14,966 bases of DNA from positions 107,926 to 122,891 of the forward strand of contig BCKQ01000023.1 of assembly GCA_001600695.1 (NCBI GenBank), in the 5' to 3' direction. This document shows, piece by piece, positions 9,970 through 14,966 of this stretch. A program made the position numbers and the translations under genes. Under the pieces are notes generated by a model that worked only from the letters and a program-made list of their open reading frames with translations, did not search any database and had not been told where the DNA came from. Origin of the DNA: Ascoidea asiatica JCM 7603. Its lineage: Eukaryota; Fungi; Ascomycota. Each line of letters opens with the position of its first letter. Position 1 is the stretch's first letter.

Positions 9970-10917
9970 ATGTCAGATATTAAAAAAGATGATTCTATTT
10001 CTAATAAATTTGATAAATATCTAAATGATTCAGACTTGGAAAGTAATTTCAACTCAAATAACAATAACAATAACAATAACAATAACAGTAACAATAATGA
10101 CGATGAAACCATTTATATTGGAAATGCAAAAGTAAATAAATCTGACTTATTAAAAACTTTATCCACTTCAAGAAATTTATCAATTGATAATAATTTAAAA
10201 CAAAATAATAATATTATTACTTCTGATGATGAAAATCTTGAATCAACTAATAATAAATTAATTAATAATAATTTAAATAAATCTCATTGGTTATTTGGTG
10301 ATCCAGCTCCATTAGGTTTATGTTCTTTTGCAATAACAACTTTTTTATTTTCTTTATGTAATGCAAGAGCCTTAGGTATGACTGAAGAAAGTATTGTAAT
10401 TGGTCTTGCTTTCTTTTATGGTGGTTTTATTCAATTCGTTGCAGGTATTTTATCCTTTATTGTTGGGGATGGTATTGGTTGTTGTACTTTTGCATCCTAT
10501 GGAGGTTTTTGGATGGCTTGGGGTGCGATTCATACCGAGTCTTTTGGTGTTATTGATGCCTATGGTGGTTCTGATTCAAAAGATTTTTGTAATGCCATGG
10601 GTTTCTTTAACTTAGTATTTGCCATATATACATTAATGATGGCATTGCTAGCTTTGAAAGAAAATATTTATTTCTGTACATTACTTTGGATTGTTGTAAT
10701 TACATTTTCTTTAAATTCTGCTTCAAAATTTGCTCAGTCTCCTTCAACTGCAAGAGCTGGTGGTATATTTGGAATCATTGCTTCTTTCTTAGCTTTATTC
10801 ATTGCTTATATAGATATGGCAAATAAAGATAATTCTTATTGGGTACCCAAATTATATATGATGCCAAGAACAAATTTAAAAAAAAGAGATTTAGAATCTA
10901 TAGGTAAACATGAATAA
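9970..10917 (+). CDS. Gpr1/Fun34/YaaH (AceTr; ATO/ADY2-like) acetate/ammonium transporter, 315 aa
   Basis: FGDPAPLGLCSFAITTF, GLAFFYGGFIQFVAG, SYGGFW, RAGGIFG and NKDNSY motifs. Six hydrophobic segments follow a hydrophilic N-terminus. Confidence 0.93.
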   Translation: MSDIKKDDSISNKFDKYLNDSDLESNFNSNNNNNNNNNNSNNNDDETIYIGNAKVNKSDLLKTLSTSRNLSIDNNLKQNNNIITSDDENLESTNNKLINNNLNKSHWLFGDPAPLGLCSFAITTFLFSLCNARALGMTEESIVIGLAFFYGGFIQFVAGILSFIVGDGIGCCTFASYGGFWMAWGAIHTESFGVIDAYGGSDSKDFCNAMGFFNLVFAIYTLMMALLALKENIYFCTLLWIVVITFSLNSASKFAQSPSTARAGGIFGIIASFLALFIAYIDMANKDNSYWVPKLYMMPRTNLKKRDLESIGKHE

Positions 10918-11008
10918 TGCATTGTATTTATATAAAACATATAAAAGAAGCAAATCAATAAATCAAAACAATAAATAAATAGATAAAAGAAATTAAAATA
11001 TTAAAACT

Positions 11009-11108
11009 ATGATTGAATCAGATTTGTTTTGGATGACAGTTTTCCTCAAAGAATGCAAGCATTCATTATCAGACTGGTGCACAGCATTTGAATCATCATC
11101 TCAATCAT
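11009..11108 (-). ncRNA. SNR40: Box C/D snoRNA, snR40 orthologue (predicted guide for 18S rRNA Gm1271/Gm562, S. cerevisiae numbering)
   Basis: On the minus strand: 8-bp terminal stem ATGATTGA/TCAATCAT (11101-11108 with 11009-11016), box C ATGATGA (11093-11099), guide GCTGTGCACCA (11075-11085), D' CTGA (11069-11072), C'-like TTGAGGA (11043-11049), box D CTGA (11018-11021). The guide pairs with conserved 18S UGGUGCAUGGC (11 bp, two G-U) and the D+5 rule lands on G1271. The rRNA and snR40 sequences used for comparison are recalled, not searched. Confidence 0.88.
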
Positions 11109-11151
11109 TTTAAAGCTACAATAACAAATAAATGTTACCTTCACTTAGTAG

Positions 11152-11324
11152 TTTTATATTTATATAATTATAATCATAATCATATAAATAATTAATAATA
11201 ATAATAAAAAAAAAGAAAATAACAATTCAATAAAATAAGTGGAAATTTCTTTGTTTAAATACTTTTCTTTTTCCACTTTTCACCTCCAAAAAAAAATTTT
11301 ATTGAAGTATTGTGACCCGGGTAA
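11152..11324 (-). promoter_or_regulatory. Probable independent promoter of the snoRNA
   Basis: TATAAAA (11152-11158) and TATATAAA (11159-11166) on the minus strand, a poly(dA:dT) tract near 11206-11214, RRPE-like AAAAAATTTT 11291-11300, and a perfect Reb1 site CCGGGTAA 11317-11324. Confidence 0.6.
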
Positions 11325-11758
11325 CTTTCCAATTTATTCAATATTTCAAATATTCAAAAACAAAAGAAAATTTGGGCTTTATTTTATTACTTTATTTTAT
11401 TACTTTATTCTACTATTCCATCTCTAAAGAGATGAGATGAAATGAGATAAGTGATTGACTGAAGAGCAATAGAAGATCAATAATAATACTACAGGTTATT
11501 AAAAATAATGAATATTTATTAAAAAACTATCAATTTTTAAAAAAAAAAAAAAAAATTTTTTTTTAAAATTTAAAATAAATTATCAAAATTTATACAAAAA
11601 ATATTATAATATAAATTATGATAGATATTGTATAAAAATCAATCAGAATAAGAACTAATAAGAATAAGAATAAGAAGAAGAATAAATAATATAGGTGATT
11701 ATAGTAGTTAAAGTATAATCAAAAGGATAATGATCAAGATAATATTAATTGAATTTAA

Positions 11759-11911
11759 TTAATTTTTTCTATCAGAATGATCTTTATATAAAGAAGATTT
11801 TCCTTTTAAATTATTGCATTTACCACATCTATCATTTTTGCAAACTTCACAAACAAGAACATTTGGTGTAGTAATATTACCACAATAACAACATTGCCAA
11901 TCATGAAACAT
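11759..11911 (-). CDS. 50-aa Cys-rich microprotein, putative double zinc ribbon (not in the supplied ORF track)
   Basis: Hand translation: MFHDWQCCYCGNITTPNVLVCEVCKNDRCGKCNNLKGKSSLYKDHSDRKN*. It has an AAAATG start context, genome-typical codons, and the same Cys spacing as the neighbouring 71-aa ORF. Confidence 0.72.
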   Translation of the reverse strand: MFHDWQCCYCGNITTPNVLVCEVCKNDRCGKCNNLKGKSSLYKDHSDRKN

Positions 11912-11915
11912 TTTG

Positions 11916-12010
11916 ATTGAATTGAATTGAATTGAATTGAATTGAATTGATTTAATTTGATTTGATTTGATTTGATTTGATTTGATTTGATTTGATTTGA
12001 TTTGATTTGA
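11916..12010. repeat. Compound pentanucleotide microsatellite (ATTGA)7-TTTAA-(TTTGA)11
   Basis: Read directly from the sequence. It lies immediately 5' of the ATG of the 50-aa ORF on the minus strand. Confidence 0.92.
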
Positions 12011-12151
12011 TTTATTTTATGTTAACTTAGAATTTAATTACTTAATATTTTTATTTGGTTTTATATTATATTATATTAATATTTTAAATTAAATTAATAG
12101 AAATTCAAGTTCTTTTATAATGTTTAAATCATGATTGAATTATAATTGAAT

Positions 12152-12367
12152 TTATTTCAAATTATTATATTTATTATATTTATTATATTTATTATATTTA
12201 TTATATTTATATGATTGATTCTTTAAAATTAAATAAATTGTTTTACAATTTTTACATTTTTCATGAAAGCAATTCAAATAATTGATTGAATTTTTAAATT
12301 CATTATATTTACAATTGCAACAAAACCATGGGTCTGTTAAAATATCATAATTTTTTTGATTATCCAT
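12152..12367 (-). CDS. 71-aa Cys-rich microprotein, paralog of the 50-aa ORF, with a (KYN)n tail
   Basis: WFCCNC-x10-YLNC-FHEK-CKNC. AAAAATG start context, and a 9-nt tandem repeat encodes the KYN units. Confidence 0.68.
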   Translation of the reverse strand: MDNQKNYDILTDPWFCCNCKYNEFKNSINYLNCFHEKCKNCKTIYLILKNQSYKYNKYNKYNKYNKYNNLK

Positions 12368-12448
12368 TTTTAATTGAATAAAATTTTGAATCTATAATAA
12401 AAATAATTTGAATTATTAAGATATATATTTTTTTTTAATTATCTGTCT

Positions 12449-12498
<50 letters not shown>
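12449..12498. repeat. (TA)n microsatellite of about 25 units with one CA interruption
   Basis: Read directly from the sequence. It sits about 80 bp upstream of the 71-aa ORF start and could serve as its TATA region. Confidence 0.92.
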
Positions 12499-12502
<4 letters not shown>

Positions 12503-12532
12503 GAAAACATGAAAATTAAAGAAAGAATAGAG

Positions 12533-12539
12533 TGAGTCA
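12533..12539. promoter_or_regulatory. Gcn4/AP-1-type site TGAGTCA
   Basis: GTGAGTCAC at 12532-12540 in otherwise very AT-rich DNA upstream of the microprotein pair. Confidence 0.35.
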
Positions 12540-13083
12540 CATTGTATATGATTTGTAATTGGTTTTAGATTCAGAATAACTTTAATATGAAAGGTAGTAA
12601 TTCATTTTTATGAAGTTGTATGTATCATAATATTTCCTTTGATAATTTTGAATGTATATATATATTTATAAAGTAAATGTTACATTTCATTTAAATTTCA
12701 ATTGAAAAATTCAGTATTTTTTTCTATAAGGTTTGAATCTAATATCCAAAGTCTAATCAACAATGAAATAGTTAAATTATGTATCAGTAATTTTCTAAAC
12801 TTTCTTCTAAGTTTTTTAGATTTTTCAATAGAAACTTTTTTAAAAAAAATAACACAATTAGCATGTTTGAAATAGATACATGAATTGTTATTTTCTTTTC
12901 AATTATATATTTATCATATTCTCGAATAAATATTATATATCTTTCTTCTCATATGATTAAGATTGTGATTAAGATTTAGATTGTTCAGGCTAATAAACAG
13001 AAATTTTGTCTGAAAATAAAACAAAATTCAATCCTTCGTAGCAGTTCTGTGTGACAATCACAAAAACAAAAAAAACATAGAAT

Positions 13084-13175
13084 GAAGCTGTGGCTCAATG
13101 GTAGAGCTTTCGACTCCAGTTCTGAATGATTGAGTTGCAATCGAAGGGCTGCAGGTTCAATTCCTGTCAGTTTCA
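13084..13175 (+). tRNA. tRNA-Trp(CCA) with a 20-nt intron (13120-13139)
   Basis: Acceptor GAAGCTG/CAGTTTC, anticodon stem TTCGA/TCGAA, CCA at 13116-13118, intron at the canonical 37/38 position, and T-runs 3'. Confidence 0.96.
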
Positions 13176-13265
13176 TTTTCTTTTTATTTTTTCTAACTAA
13201 AACTCTACTGTTACTTTTGCCCGATAAGTCTAAGTACTTATTCCACCAATGCTAACTACTTTTTA

Positions 13266-13347
13266 GGCAACATGGCCGAGTGGTTAAGGCGAAAGATTAG
13301 AAATCTTTTTTGGTTTACCCGCGCAGGTTCGAGTCCTGCTGTTGTCG
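13266..13347 (+). tRNA. tRNA-Ser(AGA) with an atypical variable arm (possibly impaired)
   Basis: Acceptor GGCAACA/TGTTGTC with G73, anticodon arm AAAGA-TT-AGA-AA-TCTTT (AGA at 13299-13301), intact A and B boxes. The variable arm reads TTGGTTTACCC and there is a T6 run at 13306-13311. Confidence 0.9.
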
Positions 13348-13518
13348 TGTTTTTTTATATTTTCTACTATCTTATATAAAGAGACGTTTGCTTTTTTTGT
13401 TTTGCAGAGTAACTTATTAGTCAAATTGGATAACTGTTTATTGTCTGAGTTGATGTTTCGTTCAAAAAAATACCTTTTAATTGCATTATCCAAGTGTGAG
13501 CAGATACCGAAAAAAACA

Positions 13519-13591
13519 TGCCTTCAGCCTGATTCGAACAGACGATCTCCTCATTACTAGTGAGGTGCCTTACCAACTTGGCCATAAAGGC
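13519..13591 (-). tRNA. tRNA-Thr(AGT), identical to the copy at 1171-1243
   Basis: Exact reverse complement of 1171-1243. The A-run at 13510-13516 is its terminator on the minus strand. Confidence 0.97.
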
Positions 13592-14133
13592 ACATGAACT
13601 GAAAATAAAAACCATAATAAGTTGAATTGTGATATTTGCAGCATATTTTGTGATAGAGACCCCCACTTGTTTTTTATTTACAAACAGACAGAACGGTAGA
13701 ACGAGGCTGGCAGTGGCTAGTGAAAGAAAAAAGGGCCCTGTTCTCTGTCACACGCCACATCCTATTTTTTGGATGGGCCCTGAGCTGCTGTGGAGTGAGT
13801 GGTGCGTGGTTGAGTGGTGAGCGAGTCGAAGTGACTTTTTCTTATCTTGCCTACTGTTATTCTCTTGCAGTGCTCGCGACTTCATTATCGATCAATATTC
13901 TTTTTTTTCTTTTTTTAATTCAATCTCTCTATTATTGCTTTAATATTTCACCATCATTTGATCAATGTCAAACAATTTCATATAAAAGTTCATTAATTCT
14001 ATCAATTCTATCAATAATTATCAAAATGTCTTAGTTAATACATTCATTATTAATCATTATTAAAAATAATTAAAAATTAATCAATTACTTTAATCATATA
14101 CATAATCAATTCAAAAACACCAATTACTTAAAA

Positions 14134-14966
14134 ATGTCTTCAAATCAATATATTTCAAAAGATAAACATGCTAATTATGATAGCGATTCTGATAATGAAG
14201 ATAATACTGATAATTTCATCTATGTTGGTAATAACAAAATAAATAAAAATGATTTATTAAAAACCTTATGTCTTGAAAACAACAATAAATTTCAATCACA
14301 ATCTCATTCTCAATCTCAAGACCAAGAACAAATTCAAACTCCTATTGATACTAATAACAATATTAACAATAACAATAACAAATGGCAATTTGGTGATCCA
14401 GCTCCATTGGGATTATGTTCTTTTGCCCTAACCACCTTTTTATTCTCCTTATGTAATGCAAGAGCTTTAGGATTAACTGAAGAAAGTATTGTAATTGGTC
14501 TTGCTTTTTTCTATGGTGGTTTCATTCAATTTGTTGCAGGTATTCTTTGTTTCATAGTCGGTGATGGTGTAGCTTGTAATACTTTTGCATCTTATGGAGG
14601 TTTTTGGATGGCTTGGGGTGTGATTCATACCGAGTCTTTTGGTGTTATTGATGCCTATGGTGGTTCTGATTCAAAAGATTTTTGTAATGCCATGGGTTTC
14701 TTTAACTTAGTATTTGCCATATATACATTAATGATGGCATTGCTAGCTTTGAAAGAAGATATTTATTTCTGTACATTACTTTGGATTGTTGTTGTAACAT
14801 TTTCATTGAATGGAGCTTCTAAATTTGCTCAATCTCCTTCAACTGCAAGAGCTGGTGGTATATTTGGTATTATTGCCTCAATCTTAGCTTTATTCATTGC
14901 ATATACCAAGCAAGCTAATAAAGATAATTCATACTGGAGACCTAAAGTTATTATGATGCCTCAAAG
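14134..14966 (+). CDS. Second Gpr1/Fun34/YaaH (ATO/ADY2-like) transporter, truncated by the window edge (not in the ORF track)
   Basis: ATG at 14134 with an in-frame upstream stop at 14071 and TATAAAA at 13981. Reads MSSNQYISKD...IYVGNNKINKNDLLKTL...FGDPAPLGLCSFALTTF...SYGGFW...NKDNSYWRPKVIMMPQ, open to the end and closely paralogous to 9970-10917. Confidence 0.93.
   Translation, partial: MSSNQYISKDKHANYDSDSDNEDNTDNFIYVGNNKINKNDLLKTLCLENNNKFQSQSHSQSQDQEQIQTPIDTNNNINNNNNKWQFGDPAPLGLCSFALTTFLFSLCNARALGLTEESIVIGLAFFYGGFIQFVAGILCFIVGDGVACNTFASYGGFWMAWGVIHTESFGVIDAYGGSDSKDFCNAMGFFNLVFAIYTLMMALLALKEDIYFCTLLWIVVVTFSLNGASKFAQSPSTARAGGIFGIIASILALFIAYTKQANKDNSYWRPKVIMMPQ

Noticed and set aside
11432-11462. 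ATGAGATGA...CTGA as a second C/D snoRNA
   Set aside because: No true RTGATGA box, too short, no terminal stem and no recognisable guide.
11532-11570. A17/T9 quasi-palindrome
   Set aside because: Homopolymer runs are common in this AT-rich intergenic DNA. At most a nucleosome-excluding tract.
11916-12010. Repeat arrays as CRISPR-like or telomeric repeats (also the CAATAGA heptamers at about 9897-9933)
   Set aside because: Simple microsatellites with no spacers, in a eukaryotic internal gene-rich context.
12540-13083. Possible LTR or Ty remnant upstream of the tRNA cluster
   Set aside because: I saw no convincing TG...CA-bounded element with target-site duplication, primer-binding site or retroelement coding remnant.
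13284-13666. Short ORFs overlapping the tRNAs (also 9260-9475 and 12985-13176), including the peptide AFMAKLVRHLTSNEEIV shared with ORF 1045-1647
   Set aside because: These are translations of tRNA genes. The shared peptide is just the duplicated tRNA-Thr.
13629-14034. 63-aa and 104-aa ORFs upstream of the second ATO
   Set aside because: Non-ATG starts and atypical codon use. They lie over the GC-rich promoter and TATA region of the ATO gene.

Overview
AT-rich budding-yeast (Saccharomycotina) chromosomal segment whose proteins are full of Asn-rich low-complexity tracts. The style suggests an Ascoidea-like yeast, but that is only an inference. From left to right: a heat-shock/Rpn4-site-rich promoter for a gene probably lying off the left edge; tRNA-Thr(AGT); a divergent DUR3-like sodium:solute symporter; APC11; RPN4 (minus strand) with a perfect HSE upstream; tRNA-Leu(TAA); an ATO/ADY2 (Gpr1/Fun34/YaaH) transporter; a box C/D snoRNA on the minus strand that matches snR40, with its own Reb1/TATA promoter; two tandem small Cys-rich ORFs with identical WxCCxC-x10-[C/Y]xxC-x4-CxxC spacing (the 50-aa one is missing from the ORF track); a tRNA-Trp(CCA, intron)/tRNA-Ser(AGA, aberrant)/tRNA-Thr(AGT) cluster; and a second ATO paralog that runs off the right edge. 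The most interesting items are the tandem zinc-ribbon-like microprotein pair, the snR40-like RNA whose D-box guide looks degenerate, the tRNA-Ser with an internal T6 run and weakened variable arm, and the patchwork identity and altered signature motif of the ATO pair.
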